NCBI GenBank assembly: GCA_965242725.1
Contig: CBDESZ010000018.1
Span: 64,001 to 128,000 of the forward strand
Length of the DNA: 64,000 bases
DNA from: Alkalispirochaeta sp.
GTDB taxonomy: Bacteria > Spirochaetota > Spirochaetia > DSM-27196 > Alkalispirochaetaceae
Reading direction: 5' to 3'
A program made the position numbers and the translations under genes. Numbering within the stretch: position 1 is the stretch's first letter; each line of letters starts with the position of its first letter. The notes beneath the pieces are model-generated. The model searched no databases. It had not been told where the DNA came from and worked only from the letters and a program-made list of their open reading frames with translations. Below, in pieces: positions 10,789-21,586 of the stretch.

Positions 10789-11745
10789 TCAGAATCCGCA
10801 GCGCCGGCACGCCCGAAAGAAGGGTTCCGTCGTTGCCGCAGCGCCGCGGTAGGTCAGATCACTTGTCATGACGTGAACGGCAAGAAGGCGCGCTCCGAGG
10901 TCGATCATGCGGACCATCGACTCCTCCATCGCCCGGGCATTGTCGGTTGACCCCGGACTGACGAGAATGCCCATGTGGATGTTGCGTACGGCCGCGGCGT
11001 GAATGAGGGAGGCAACTGCGTCCGCGGCGTCGTGATTGCCGCTGCGCATGAGGGCGTCGAAGGGGCCCACAAATCCGCATGCCCTGTTACGTCCCCGGGA
11101 TGCCATGATATCGAGAACGCGATCGCGTACTGAGGTATCGCGTATGTACTCATCGGTTTCAAACTGAACCCACCCCTGAGTCTCGCCTTCCGCCTCCCTG
11201 AGGGATGATGGTGAAAAATACATTGTGCGGTCACCGCCGCGGACGGGAAAGCCTCCGCGGTCGTATGGAGTGGCCGCGCCGGGCGTGGGAAAGGTTATCG
11301 ATTGAAAGTAACGTGTCGATTCCTCTGCGGTGATACCGTAGGGGCGCATCGTTGCGCGGGCACCCAGTTGTAAAGCGTCACCGTGGGTACTTATCGCTTC
11401 CCTGGGGAGTCGTTGGACCGGAAGCATGCCCAGCCGCAGAATCGAAGCGTTCTGTTCGCGCCCGTAGTATCCTTCCCACTGGCTGTGTTCACCGTCGTTG
11501 ACGACCCAGAGAAAACCGGCCTGTGCCCACGCATGGGCCTCGGATTCGCGGTACCGGTGCCACGGTATGTCATTGAAAATCCCGAGCATCGGAGGAGTCT
11601 CTTCTACCGATGGAGCGGCGTCCATTATCTCCTTGACGGGATTTCGCAGGGGATTCCGTGCCGTCCGGTACGCCCGGTCGGCAAAGGCTTCCACAGACAG
11701 CGGGACCGACGGGTCCGCCTGAGATAGCGCTTCCAGGGCGGTCAT
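10789..11745 (-). CDS. Divergent HpcH/HpaI aldolase-family protein
   Basis: NDGEH, VQFET and FVGPFD resemble the family motifs DGEH, QIET and GPxD. Confidence 0.7.
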   Translation of the reverse strand: MTALEALSQADPSVPLSVEAFADRAYRTARNPLRNPVKEIMDAAPSVEETPPMLGIFNDIPWHRYRESEAHAWAQAGFLWVVNDGEHSQWEGYYGREQNASILRLGMLPVQRLPREAISTHGDALQLGARATMRPYGITAEESTRYFQSITFPTPGAATPYDRGGFPVRGGDRTMYFSPSSLREAEGETQGWVQFETDEYIRDTSVRDRVLDIMASRGRNRACGFVGPFDALMRSGNHDAADAVASLIHAAAVRNIHMGILVSPGSTDNARAMEESMVRMIDLGARLLAVHVMTSDLTYRGAAATTEPFFRACRRCGF

Positions 11746-13004
11746 GTCGTCGTGCTCTCCGTCGAATCCCGTCTTTCTTCCGCCGCCTCGTTGTAGAGGG
11801 CGAGGGTCTTCTCGGCAATTGCGTCCCAGCTGAAATGGCGTTCCGCCCGTGTCCGTCCCGCCTCCCCGTAGCGGCGCGCCGTCTCCCTGTCTCCGGCTAC
11901 GGCGTTGACGGCTTCCGCCAGGTCCCGGGAAAACCTGTGCGGATCCCGGGGTGAGAAGGTACCGGGAATAAGGTCGGGATCGACGAGAAGTCCCGTTTCT
12001 CCGGGGACGACGACCTCCGGAATGCCTCCCACCCGGGAGGCGACGACGGCGGTCTTACACGCCATGGCCTCCAGGTTGATGATACCAAAGGGTTCGTATA
12101 CCGACGGACAGGCAAAAACGGTGGCGTGGGTATAAAACTGTATCGTCTCCCTGCGGGGCAGCATTTTATCGATCCAGAAGACGTTGTCCCGTCCCTTCCG
12201 GGCCAGGGCGATATGTTCCTTCATTTCCTCTGCGATTTGCGGCGTATCGGGAGCTCCCGCGAGGAGGACGACCTGAATATCTTTGTCGATATGGGGAATG
12301 GCGTCCACCAGATGGATTATTCCCTTTTGACGCGTGATGCGTCCGACGAAGAGGACATACGGTTTTGTCGGATCGACGCCGTGGGCGGTGATCGCGTCGG
12401 TTTCCACCGTGGGAGTGTATTCTCCGAGATCGATACCGTTGTGAATCACCCGCGTCCGCGATTCGACACCGGAAAAATGGCGATGGACGTCCGCTTCAGT
12501 CTCACCTGATACGGCGATAACGCGATCCGCCGACTCGATTGCCGTCTTTTCCATCCAGCTGCTCAGGTGATATGCGTTTCCAAGCTGTTCCACCTTCCAG
12601 GGGCGGAGCGGTTCCAGAGAGTGGGTGGTGAGAAGAAAGGGAATCCCCCACAACTGCGACGCGACAAGCCCGCCCATTTGGGTGTACCAGGTGTGACAGT
12701 GGACGACGTCGGCATCAAGATTGTCCTTCGCCATGGCGAGACTTCTGGAAAATGCACCCATCGCTGATACAAAGCGGGGATCCGTGTTCTCACCCATTTC
12801 CTTCCATGGCGCGTAATCGCGGACCGTCACGTTTCCGTCCCTGCGAATACCGCCGGCGGGTGCGTCTTTTCCCGCGAAACATCGGACTTCGACCTCAACC
12901 AGTCTGGCGAGCGCGCGGCTCAGGTATTCCACGTGAACACCGGCGCCGCCGTACACGTTGGGAGGATACTCATTGGTCATCAGGCATACTTTCCGGATTT
13001 TCAT
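11742..13004 (-). CDS. glgA: GT4 glycogen synthase of the actinobacterial GlgA/GlgM type
   Basis: EYPPNVYGGAGVHV, HTWY, HSLEPLRPWKVEQLG, FVGRITRQKG, YEPFGIINLEAMA. Confidence 0.9.
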   Translation of the reverse strand: MKIRKVCLMTNEYPPNVYGGAGVHVEYLSRALARLVEVEVRCFAGKDAPAGGIRRDGNVTVRDYAPWKEMGENTDPRFVSAMGAFSRSLAMAKDNLDADVVHCHTWYTQMGGLVASQLWGIPFLLTTHSLEPLRPWKVEQLGNAYHLSSWMEKTAIESADRVIAVSGETEADVHRHFSGVESRTRVIHNGIDLGEYTPTVETDAITAHGVDPTKPYVLFVGRITRQKGIIHLVDAIPHIDKDIQVVLLAGAPDTPQIAEEMKEHIALARKGRDNVFWIDKMLPRRETIQFYTHATVFACPSVYEPFGIINLEAMACKTAVVASRVGGIPEVVVPGETGLLVDPDLIPGTFSPRDPHRFSRDLAEAVNAVAGDRETARRYGEAGRTRAERHFSWDAIAEKTLALYNEAAEERRDSTESTTT

Positions 13005-13061
13005 ACCCCCAGTATAGAACAGCGCCGTCGATGAAGGGAGAGAAAAATGCGGCTTTTCCGG

Positions 13062-14945
13062 TCACTCCCGCCCGTTGATGATCTCCTCCATCCGGGACCG
13101 ATCGATTTCCTCCTCCTCGAGGAGCGCCTCCGCCAGCGACTGCAGTGCATCCGCATTCTCCCGGAGGAGTTCCTGGGCACGTTGATAGGCGTTTTTCAGG
13201 ATGTCGTGGATCTCCTCGTCGATGCGCCGGGCGCTGTCGTCACTGTAGTCGTTCTGTCGGCCGATGTCGTTCCCGAGGAAGACCTCCCGCGCGTCCGAGG
13301 CAAAGGCGGTGTTCCGAAAGACGTCGCCCATGCCCCATTCGGTAACCATCCGGCGTGCAAGCTTGTGCGCTTCCTTCAGGTCGTTTTCCGCACCGCTGGT
13401 GACGACGCCGAATATCTCTTCCTCGGCGGCGCGACCACCCATGAGTACGACCAGACGATCCCTGATGTAGTCCTCCCGGAGGAGATACATATCTCCCTCA
13501 GGCATCTGCTGGGTAACCCCCATCGCGCGCTCGTGGGGGATGATCGTAATCCGATGGACCGGCTCCGCCGTAGGTAGTCGTGCCGCGGTGACGGCGTGAC
13601 CCGCCTCATGGTATGCGACGGTCTTGCGCTCATCCTCACTCATAACGACGCCGCTGCGCTTCAGGCCGAGGACAACCCTGTCACGGGCGGTGAGGAGATC
13701 CCGCTGGGTGATCGCCTTTCTTTCGTCCCTTACAACCTGAATTGCCGCTTCGTTGACGAGGTTGGCGAGGTCGGCCCCGCTGAAGCCGGGGGTCGTCCGG
13801 GCAAGGGCGGACAGGTCGACGTCCTCCCCGGTGGGACGCTTCTTTGTATGTATCTGGAGTATCTTCTCCCGGTCTCCCATGGCGGGGGCGGGAACGGTCA
13901 CTCGGCGGTCGAAACGCCCCGGACGGAGCAGTGCGGGATCGAGGACATCGGGCCGGTTGGTGGCGGCGAGGACGATGACGCTTTCGTGTTTTTCAAAACC
14001 ATCCATCTCTGCGAGCATTTGGTTCAGCGTCTGTTCCCGTTCATCATGGCCACCGCCCAGTCCGGCGCCGCGCTGTCGCCCGATGGAATCGAGTTCATCA
14101 ATGAAAATGATCGCCGGGCCGTTGTCGCGGGCGTCCTTGAACAGGTTGCGAACCCGTGATGCGCCGACGCCGACAAACATTTCAATGAAATCGGAGCCGG
14201 AAATCGAATAGAAGGGCACGTCGGCCTCTCCCGCGACGGCGCGGGCGAGGAGCGTCTTGCCGCTTCCCGGCGGTCCGACAAGGAGCACCCCGTGAGGGAT
14301 CTCGGCGCCCACCTCGGAGTAGCGTTCGGCCTTTTTCAGGAAATCCACGATTTCCACAAGCTCGTCCTTGGCGGAATCCGCGCCGGCCACGTCGGAAAAA
14401 TGCACGCTGCTTGAGTCTTTCTGGTACTTCTTTGCCTTGTTGTTTCCCATGGAGAACATCCCGCCGCCGAATCCGCCTCCCTGTTGTCGCGTCGCACGAT
14501 TGAAGCGTACGAAGAGATAAATAAGGAGGACGAAGGGGAGAATATTCAGGACCATCACCCAACCGGAATTGTCGCGGGTGGGCAGGGTGGTTACCGACAC
14601 GTCGGTCCTGCTCAACCGGTCAAGATAGGCACCGTCCACCGTTGCGGGAAGGTAGGTGATGAACTCAGTGACCTGATGGGTTACATTCCGCTGATCGGTG
14701 AATTCAGTTTGCCGTCGAAAGGTCCCGGTGACCTCTTCCTCCTGGATGACGACGGACTGCACGTTACCGTCGTCCAGCTGTCGCACAAAAAAGGAGTAGG
14801 GAACGGCCGTCTGCGATGTCGTTGCAAAGCGTCCGGTAATCCAGGGAAGGAGAAACAGCAGAGGCAACAAAACGAACAATGCGCTTCGTTTTCGAAAATC
14901 CGGCCCGAAAGGACTCTGCTGTTTCGGTTTTTTTTGTTCTGCCAT
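13062..14945 (-). CDS. ftsH: ATP-dependent zinc metalloprotease FtsH (second paralogue)
   Basis: Two TM segments, [27 protein letters not shown]. Confidence 0.96.
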   Translation of the reverse strand: MAEQKKPKQQSPFGPDFRKRSALFVLLPLLFLLPWITGRFATTSQTAVPYSFFVRQLDDGNVQSVVIQEEEVTGTFRRQTEFTDQRNVTHQVTEFITYLPATVDGAYLDRLSRTDVSVTTLPTRDNSGWVMVLNILPFVLLIYLFVRFNRATRQQGGGFGGGMFSMGNNKAKKYQKDSSSVHFSDVAGADSAKDELVEIVDFLKKAERYSEVGAEIPHGVLLVGPPGSGKTLLARAVAGEADVPFYSISGSDFIEMFVGVGASRVRNLFKDARDNGPAIIFIDELDSIGRQRGAGLGGGHDEREQTLNQMLAEMDGFEKHESVIVLAATNRPDVLDPALLRPGRFDRRVTVPAPAMGDREKILQIHTKKRPTGEDVDLSALARTTPGFSGADLANLVNEAAIQVVRDERKAITQRDLLTARDRVVLGLKRSGVVMSEDERKTVAYHEAGHAVTAARLPTAEPVHRITIIPHERAMGVTQQMPEGDMYLLREDYIRDRLVVLMGGRAAEEEIFGVVTSGAENDLKEAHKLARRMVTEWGMGDVFRNTAFASDAREVFLGNDIGRQNDYSDDSARRIDEEIHDILKNAYQRAQELLRENADALQSLAEALLEEEEIDRSRMEEIINGRE

Positions 14946-15031
14946 ATCCGGAAAGTAACAAACCTGGATGGTTATGGCTATGAGATGACGGAAGAGTAAG
15001 TTAATGGTACTTTAATGAAAGGGAGTAAAAA

Positions 15032-15571
15032 ATGATCGTCTTTACTACAAACAAACCATTATTGACCGTTAGCGGTGTCGTGGCCATTGGAATCGGTGCC
15101 GCCGCGCTCATCTGGCCCTCCATTACGGCACGGGTTTTTGCCTTCCTTGTGGGTGCGTTTTTTCTTGTCGAGGCGCTCCTCGACTTTTTCTCTCGTGACA
15201 GGGGCGGGCTCTATACGTGGACGGCCGTCGCCCAGGGCGCCGTCGGACTCATCGTCGCCCTCATGCTTGTCCTGATGCCCGGTGCGGCGTTGCGTATCGT
15301 TGTACTCCTTATCGCTATCTGGCTCCTCGTACGGGGAGGGCTTCAACTGTATGTCGCGTTTCAGAACAGGGATTTTGCAGGATTTCCCCTTTTCTCGGGG
15401 ATGACGGGAGGAATTTCAGCGATCGTCGGGCTTCTTCTCTTCTTTCGTCCCGAGGCGGGCATTGTTGCATTCTCCTGGCTTGTCGGAATATACGCCGTTC
15501 TTACCGGTGTCCTTGCCCTCCTGTGGGCCCGCCGCCTTGACGATCAAAGCGGGAGCTACCGCGGAGGGTGA
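15032..15571 (+). CDS. HdeD/DUF308 family membrane protein
   Basis: Six hydrophobic helices in repeated units (LIWP.., LVLMP.., FFRP..); GGGAG RBS. Confidence 0.8.
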   Translation: MIVFTTNKPLLTVSGVVAIGIGAAALIWPSITARVFAFLVGAFFLVEALLDFFSRDRGGLYTWTAVAQGAVGLIVALMLVLMPGAALRIVVLLIAIWLLVRGGLQLYVAFQNRDFAGFPLFSGMTGGISAIVGLLLFFRPEAGIVAFSWLVGIYAVLTGVLALLWARRLDDQSGSYRGG

Positions 15572-16398
15572 CGTCCGATTACTCTGAACCATTGAAATCA
15601 GCGGTGATACCTCTGGACCTCCACGAGCCGGAGGAACGGATTCGTGGCGTTCTGACGCTCATGGAACGTCTGGGTCTTCAAACCTTTCGCCTTCTTCACG
15701 TCGCGTCGTCGGCCGGCGCGGGCAGACGGGGAGCACCCCGTCTCGAGGAGCTCGTGAAGGGGCTGCAGGAAGAGATTTCGGTCTCCTCCCAGATTTTGAC
15801 GGGTTCACCGCCGGTGGAGATTCTTCAGGGCGCCGCAGCCTGGAACGCGGATCTTATCGCCATTCCATGGAAGCACAAGAACTGGTTGCAGCGGAGTCTT
15901 GTCGGCAGTGTAACCCGGGATATCCTGAGAATGAATGATCGAAGCACCCTCGTCTTCCGGCCTTCCGGCGGAAGATCAGGTGCTCCCCTGCACGTCGTTT
16001 TTGCCACCGACTTTCACCGCATTGACGATGTGGTCACGCCGGTGTTTGCCCGGTCCGGTCTCTCCATTGGGAAGCTTCATATCTTCCATGCCGGTGAACG
16101 CGCGCCCGATCCGAAGGCGGAGGAAGAGCGACGTCATTCCGTTACGTCCCGCCTCAACGATATCGCCGGGACCATACGGGATGCGTACCGGGCGGCTGCG
16201 CCCCTGGATATCGAAGTGGTCGACCATGTGGGGAGTCCGCGAAGGGAAGTGGTGAAATTCGTATCCACCGTCACCCCCGATCTCGTCATCGTTGGAAAGG
16301 GAAGACGTGAGAAGAGGTCGTCTATTCTCGGATCAGTTGCGGAAGAGATCGCATATCGTGCGTCATCCTCGGTTCTGATCATTCCTCCGGGAGCGTAG
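15568..16398 (+). CDS. Tandem-domain universal stress protein
   Basis: LVGSVTRDILR and ILGSVAEEIAYRASSSVLII motifs; FATDF; GTGA overlap with the upstream gene. Confidence 0.88.
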   Translation: MTSDYSEPLKSAVIPLDLHEPEERIRGVLTLMERLGLQTFRLLHVASSAGAGRRGAPRLEELVKGLQEEISVSSQILTGSPPVEILQGAAAWNADLIAIPWKHKNWLQRSLVGSVTRDILRMNDRSTLVFRPSGGRSGAPLHVVFATDFHRIDDVVTPVFARSGLSIGKLHIFHAGERAPDPKAEEERRHSVTSRLNDIAGTIRDAYRAAAPLDIEVVDHVGSPRREVVKFVSTVTPDLVIVGKGRREKRSSILGSVAEEIAYRASSSVLIIPPGA

Positions 16399-16402
16399 CA
16401 TT

Positions 16403-17896
16403 GTGAAGCGACCAAAGACGGTACTGATACCGTCTCTTATTATCGTACTTGCCGTCGTCATCGCCGGAGCCGCCGCACCGGTCGCGCTGGACGATGTAAC
16501 CAAGTCTATTCACACCGCCATTCTTGCCAATTTCGGATGGGGATACCTCATCGCGATCTTCCTTTTTCTGGTCTTTGTGGTCTATCTCGCCCTCAGTCCC
16601 CTGGGAAAGCTTCGGTTGGGAAAGGACTGGGAAAAGCCGCAGTACAGTTATCTCGGCTGGTTCAGTATGCTCTTTGCCGCCGGCATGGGGATTGGTCTCG
16701 TCTTCTGGGGGGTGGCGGAGCCGCTCCACCATTTCGGACGGCCGCCGGGGTACCTTGAAGGGGGAAGCGGAGACGCCGCCCACTTTGCAATGGTGCGCAG
16801 TTTCTTTCACTGGGGTATTCATCCCTGGGCCGTATACATCCTTATGGCTCTTTCAATCGCGTATTTTTCGTTCCGTCGGGGTATGGCGCCCCTTATTTCA
16901 AGCGTGTTTTTTCCGCTGATCGGGGATGCCGTGAATCGATGGCCCGGTCGTGTTATCGATACGACCGCAGTCTTTGCGACTGTATTTGGTGTGGCCACCT
17001 CCCTCGGCCTCGGCGCGTTGCAAATACGTGGAGGTCTTGTTGCGGCTTTCGGTATTCCCGACACCCTCAACTCGGCGCTCGTTATCATCGCGGTGGTCAC
17101 CGTTTTGTACCTCATCTCCAGTCTGACCGGTCTGGACAAAGGTATCCGCATTCTGAGCAGCGCGAATGTCATGGTAACGCTGTTGCTCATGACGGTGGTG
17201 CTCGTCCTCGGCCCCACCTCCTATATTTTCAATGTCTTTGTAAGCACCCTCGGCTCGTATGTGTCGGACCTTGTCGATCTGAGCCTTTCCACAAATCCCT
17301 TTCGCGGATTTCAGTGGACCCAGGACTGGACGCTCTTTTACTGGGCGTGGTGGATCAGCTGGTCCCCCTTCGTCGGACTCTTCATCGCCAGCATTTCCCG
17401 GGGGCGCACGATTCGGGAGTTTGTATTCGGTGCGCTCCTCGTCCCTACGCTGTTAACGTTTTTCTGGTTTGCCGTTTTTGGCGGTACTGCACTGCATATC
17501 GAACTGTACGGCAGCGGCGGTCTCGGGGAGATCGCCGTTGAAAACGTTTCGTCGGCGCTATTTGTGCTTCTCCGGCGGTTACCGGCGACGATGGTGCTCA
17601 CGCTCCTGGCGCTCGTTGTCCTCTCGATTTTTTTCATTACGTCCGCCGATTCCGCGACGTATGTGCTCGCGATGATGACCAGTGGGGGAACTCTGCGCCC
17701 GGCGTCGTCGCGCAAGATCATCTGGGGGGTGATTCAATCGGGCGCGGCGGTGGTACTTCTCGTTTCGGGGGGACTGGAAGCGTTGCAGCGTATGGCGATC
17801 ATCGCCGCGCTTCCCTTTGCAGTGATCATGCTTTTCATGATGCACAGTCTGCACAAGGCGCTGAGATACGAGCGGGATCACGAATTCCCGGAGTGA
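16403..17896 (+). CDS. BCCT family (betaine/carnitine/choline) transporter
   Basis: [58 protein letters not shown]. Confidence 0.95.
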   Translation: MKRPKTVLIPSLIIVLAVVIAGAAAPVALDDVTKSIHTAILANFGWGYLIAIFLFLVFVVYLALSPLGKLRLGKDWEKPQYSYLGWFSMLFAAGMGIGLVFWGVAEPLHHFGRPPGYLEGGSGDAAHFAMVRSFFHWGIHPWAVYILMALSIAYFSFRRGMAPLISSVFFPLIGDAVNRWPGRVIDTTAVFATVFGVATSLGLGALQIRGGLVAAFGIPDTLNSALVIIAVVTVLYLISSLTGLDKGIRILSSANVMVTLLLMTVVLVLGPTSYIFNVFVSTLGSYVSDLVDLSLSTNPFRGFQWTQDWTLFYWAWWISWSPFVGLFIASISRGRTIREFVFGALLVPTLLTFFWFAVFGGTALHIELYGSGGLGEIAVENVSSALFVLLRRLPATMVLTLLALVVLSIFFITSADSATYVLAMMTSGGTLRPASSRKIIWGVIQSGAAVVLLVSGGLEALQRMAIIAALPFAVIMLFMMHSLHKALRYERDHEFPE

Positions 17897-17943
17897 TACG
17901 ACTTTTCTTTACAGGAACGGAAGGGGGCGTTACAACTGTTTGT

Positions 17944-19692
17944 ATGGGTCTCTACAAAGAGTTGAAACGCTGGCGTACGGAAACGGTTGAGCCCGTTCTG
18001 CGCACACATCCGGAGCGACGAAACGGTGATTTTCGTACGGCATCCGGAATTTCCGTGCGTCCCCTCTATACACCCCTTGACCTCCAGTCACCGGCAACGG
18101 ACTTCGGTTCCGTCGGAGACGGCACCTCATCGGCGGCACGACTTTCCGATTCCTCCGAAGGGGACGCGAACGAGAAATGGTATATCTCCCGCCTCGGATT
18201 TCCCGGGAAGCCTCCCTTTACACGGGGCGTTCAGCCTACCATGTATCGCGGCCGCTATTGGACGATGCGCCAATATGCGGGATTTGCCACGGCAAAAGAG
18301 TCGAATGAACGGTACCGCTATCTCCTCGATCAGGGGCAGACGGGGCTTTCCGTCGCCTTTGACCTTCCTACCCAGATCGGTCTGGACTCGGATCATCCCC
18401 TTTCCTTCGGGGAGGTGGGAAAGGTCGGCGTTGCCATCGATTCTCTTGCGGACATGGAAGTGCTCTTTGACCGCATACCCCTGCAGGACGTGTCGACGTC
18501 GATGACGATCAACGCTCCCGCGGCGATTCTTCTTGCAATGTATCTTGCGGTAGCTGAAAAACAGGGCGTTGCCCGGGCCGACCTTCGCGGCACGATTCAA
18601 AACGACATTCTCAAGGAGTATATCGCCCGGGGAACCTATATCTTCCCCCCCAAGCCTTCGATGCGCCTCATCACGGAGACATTTCGTTTCTGCACTGAAG
18701 AAATGCCGAAATGGAATTCAATAAGCATCTCCGGATACCATATCAGGGAAGCCGGTGCGACGGCGGTACAGGAGATCGCCTTCACCCTGGCCGATGCAAT
18801 CGCCTACGCCGATGCAGCCGTCGACGCGGGTCTCGATATCGACGCATTTGCCGGGCGGCTCTCATTCTTTTTCAGCGCCGGGAGCGACTTTTTTGAGGAA
18901 GTTGCAAAATTCCGTGCCGTCAGGAGAATGTGGGCTCGCATTCTCAAGGAACGGTACAGATGCGGATCGCCGCGGTCCCAGGCGATGCGTTTTCATACCC
19001 AGACGTCGGGGGCGATGCTCACCGCCGCCCAGCCGGAGAATAATGTTGTACGCGTCGCCCTCCACGCCCTCGCCGCCGTACTCGGGGGAACCCAAAGCCT
19101 GCACACAAACTCACGGGACGAGGCGTATGCACTCCCGACGGAGGAATCGGTACGCATTGCCCTCAGGACGCAGCAGATCATCGCCCTGGAGAGCGGTGTC
19201 GCCGACACGATCGATCCCCTGGGGGGATCCTATTTTGTGGAATCCCTCACGAATGAGGTGGAAGATCGGGCATGGGATTATTTAAAGCGTATCGATGAGC
19301 GGGGCGGTATGGTTCAGGCGATCGAAGAGGGAATCATCCAGAATGAAATCGAAGATGCCGCCTATCGATGGCAGAAGGAGGTCGAGGAGGCCAGTCGCCG
19401 GATAGTCGGCGTAAACTGCCACGAGCAGGACGAGTCGTCCCGTCTCGAGACGATGCGCCACGATCCGGCCGTACACGATGCACAGGTAGCACGGCTTCGC
19501 CGGGTGAGGAAGGAACGGTTGTCGTCACAGGTTGAAGGTGCGTTACGACGACTTGAGCGGGCTGCCCGCGATCCGGGAATCGCTCTCATGGAGCCGATCC
19601 TCGAATCAGTTCGGGCATATGCGACGCTTGGAGAAATCTGCGGCGTCTTCAGAACGGTCTACGGCGAATATGATCAGCGGATTACGTTGTGA
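17944..19692 (+). CDS. Methylmalonyl-CoA mutase, large (substrate-binding) subunit
   Basis: [46 protein letters not shown]; the Tyr and Arg specificity residues of MCM are present. Confidence 0.95.
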   Translation: MGLYKELKRWRTETVEPVLRTHPERRNGDFRTASGISVRPLYTPLDLQSPATDFGSVGDGTSSAARLSDSSEGDANEKWYISRLGFPGKPPFTRGVQPTMYRGRYWTMRQYAGFATAKESNERYRYLLDQGQTGLSVAFDLPTQIGLDSDHPLSFGEVGKVGVAIDSLADMEVLFDRIPLQDVSTSMTINAPAAILLAMYLAVAEKQGVARADLRGTIQNDILKEYIARGTYIFPPKPSMRLITETFRFCTEEMPKWNSISISGYHIREAGATAVQEIAFTLADAIAYADAAVDAGLDIDAFAGRLSFFFSAGSDFFEEVAKFRAVRRMWARILKERYRCGSPRSQAMRFHTQTSGAMLTAAQPENNVVRVALHALAAVLGGTQSLHTNSRDEAYALPTEESVRIALRTQQIIALESGVADTIDPLGGSYFVESLTNEVEDRAWDYLKRIDERGGMVQAIEEGIIQNEIEDAAYRWQKEVEEASRRIVGVNCHEQDESSRLETMRHDPAVHDAQVARLRRVRKERLSSQVEGALRRLERAARDPGIALMEPILESVRAYATLGEICGVFRTVYGEYDQRITL

Positions 19693-19715
19693 GTGAATCA
19701 GGAGGAGTGGAAGGC

Positions 19716-20123
19716 ATGGATACAACTGCGCGGATCCTCATCGCGAAGCCCGGTCTGGACGGTCACGATCGGGGGGCCAAGTATATCGCCCGTGCACTCA
19801 GGGACGCAGGGTACGAGGTGATTTATACGGGTATCCGTCAAACCCCCGAGGCGATTGTGACGACGGCTATTCAGGAAGACGTACAGTTTATCGGGCTGAG
19901 TCTCCTCTCGGGGGCGCACATGGAACTTTTACCCCGGGTCACCCAACTGTTACGGCGGGAAGGGGCGGATGATATCGTCGTCTTTGCAGGCGGAATCATT
20001 CCCGATGAGGATATCCAGCCGTTGAAAGATGCGGGAATTCAGGAGATCTTCCCACCGGGAACACCCATACAGGGAGTGATCGATTTTATTGAAGGAAGGC
20101 GTCAATCCCGGTGGACCGGTTGA
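19716..20123 (+). CDS. Methylmalonyl-CoA mutase, cobalamin-binding subunit
   Basis: [10 protein letters not shown] (DxHxxG), [24 protein letters not shown]; alternative GTG start at 19689. Confidence 0.95.
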   Translation: MDTTARILIAKPGLDGHDRGAKYIARALRDAGYEVIYTGIRQTPEAIVTTAIQEDVQFIGLSLLSGAHMELLPRVTQLLRREGADDIVVFAGGIIPDEDIQPLKDAGIQEIFPPGTPIQGVIDFIEGRRQSRWTG

Positions 20124-21094
20124 ATCGCCTCATTACGGAGCTGCGCGCCGGACGTCCCCGCGCGATCGCCCGGGCAATATCACTGATCGAGTCTCACCAC
20201 GAACAGAGGGACGAACTGATGCGGCGCATACATTCCCGGAACAGGTCCGACGCCGACGGGGACTATGACGGAAAACCGTGGGTCATTGGCGTCACCGGCC
20301 CCCCGGGGGCGGGGAAAAGTACGCTTCTCAATCGCCTCATTACCGCATCACGCGCCGAGGGCAAACGTGTCGCCGCCCTCGCCGTCGACCCGTCGTCACC
20401 GCTGACCGGTGGCGCACTTCTGGGAGATCGCATACGCATGGGAAGCCACAGCGGGGACCGGGAAGTCTACATCCGCTCCATGGCGTCCCGCGGTTACATC
20501 GGCGGCCTCTCCGCTGCCGTTATCGACGGGGTACGCATACTCGCCGCAGCGGGATTTGACGAAATATTCATCGAATCCGTGGGAGTGGGTCAGTCGGAAG
20601 TTGGGATCCTTTCCGCCGCGGATGTGGTGCTCCTGGTTCTCACGCCGGGTTCAGGTGACGAGGTGCAGGCGCTGAAGGCGGGTGTCCTCGAAATCGGTGA
20701 TCTATACGTCGTCAATAAGGCGGATCAGCCGGGAACGGACCTTCTGGAACGGGAACTCCAGTACGTCTGCAATAACTCACGGTGCAGCGACGTCACACCG
20801 GTTACGGCACGGACGATCGCGATCACCGGGGCGGGGGTAGACGATCTGTATGCCGCCGTTCTGGCGCAGATCGATGCCTTGAAGGAGACGGGAGAAATTG
20901 CCGCCCGCCGGCAGGCGCGTACGAGGGACGCCGTGATCGATGTTGCCGTCGATTCCCTGCGCCGCTGGCTCAGTCAGCGGTCGACACCGGGAGGATTCGA
21001 CAATGTACCGATGCATGCGTTGCGAAGGGGCATAACGGATGTCCTGGATAAGCTCGAATCTGAGTATGGAGAGAAACATGATAGAGTCGATTGA
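20111..21094 (+). CDS. meaB: MCM-associated GTPase chaperone
   Basis: [42 protein letters not shown]. Confidence 0.94.
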   Translation: MDRLNRLITELRAGRPRAIARAISLIESHHEQRDELMRRIHSRNRSDADGDYDGKPWVIGVTGPPGAGKSTLLNRLITASRAEGKRVAALAVDPSSPLTGGALLGDRIRMGSHSGDREVYIRSMASRGYIGGLSAAVIDGVRILAAAGFDEIFIESVGVGQSEVGILSAADVVLLVLTPGSGDEVQALKAGVLEIGDLYVVNKADQPGTDLLERELQYVCNNSRCSDVTPVTARTIAITGAGVDDLYAAVLAQIDALKETGEIAARRQARTRDAVIDVAVDSLRRWLSQRSTPGGFDNVPMHALRRGITDVLDKLESEYGEKHDRVD

Positions 21095-21503
21095 TCACAT
21101 TGGTATCGCCGTACGGTCTTTGGATGAGAGCATTCCCTTTTACCGAGACATACTGAAGTTGGGAGAACCTGCAGTGGAATACGTTCCGGAGCAGAAGGTT
21201 CGGGTAGCCGTCTTTCCCGTCGGTGATGACCCCGGCGCGGGACGTATAGAACTGCTGGAAGGGGTCGGGCCGGAGAGCCCGATATCCCGATATATCGAAA
21301 AGCGGGGAACGGGAATTCATCACGTTGCCCTGCGCAGCGGCGATCTCCAAACGGATATTGCCGCAATTTCCTGCGCCGGGTTGCCCATGATCGATGAAGT
21401 TCCCCGAACGGGCGCCGGGGGAGCGGAAATTGCCTTTGTCCATCCTTCCGCGGCGGCGGGAGTGCTCATAGAACTATGTAGCCCCGCCGCCGGCGTGAAA
21501 TAG
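21078..21503 (+). CDS. mce: Methylmalonyl-CoA epimerase
   Basis: [24 protein letters not shown]...GVLIEL; located in the mutase cluster. Confidence 0.92.
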   Translation: MIESIDHIGIAVRSLDESIPFYRDILKLGEPAVEYVPEQKVRVAVFPVGDDPGAGRIELLEGVGPESPISRYIEKRGTGIHHVALRSGDLQTDIAAISCAGLPMIDEVPRTGAGGAEIAFVHPSAAAGVLIELCSPAAGVK

Positions 21504-21507
21504 GATG

Positions 21508-21563
21508 TGTATATTTTCTCGAAATTCATGCAGACACTTGTATATTTATGCGGTTTTCATGCA
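21508..21563 (+). promoter_or_regulatory. Two direct repeats resembling ArgR (ARG box) operators upstream of carA
   Basis: TGTATATTT-N8-TTCATGCA at 21508-21532 and 21539-21563; the second contains TGTAT-ATTT-ATGCG. Confidence 0.55.
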
Positions 21564-21586
21564 CCATGGGCGACCAGGGAGGTGCT

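Noticed and set aside
17897..17943. Possible cobalamin riboswitch before the mutase
   Set aside because: The gap is only 47 nt and no B12 box is visible.
17944..19692. Novel-specificity acyl-CoA mutase (isobutyryl or 2-hydroxyisobutyryl)
   Set aside because: RQYAG Tyr and the Arg in YIARG are MCM-type, and an epimerase is adjacent.
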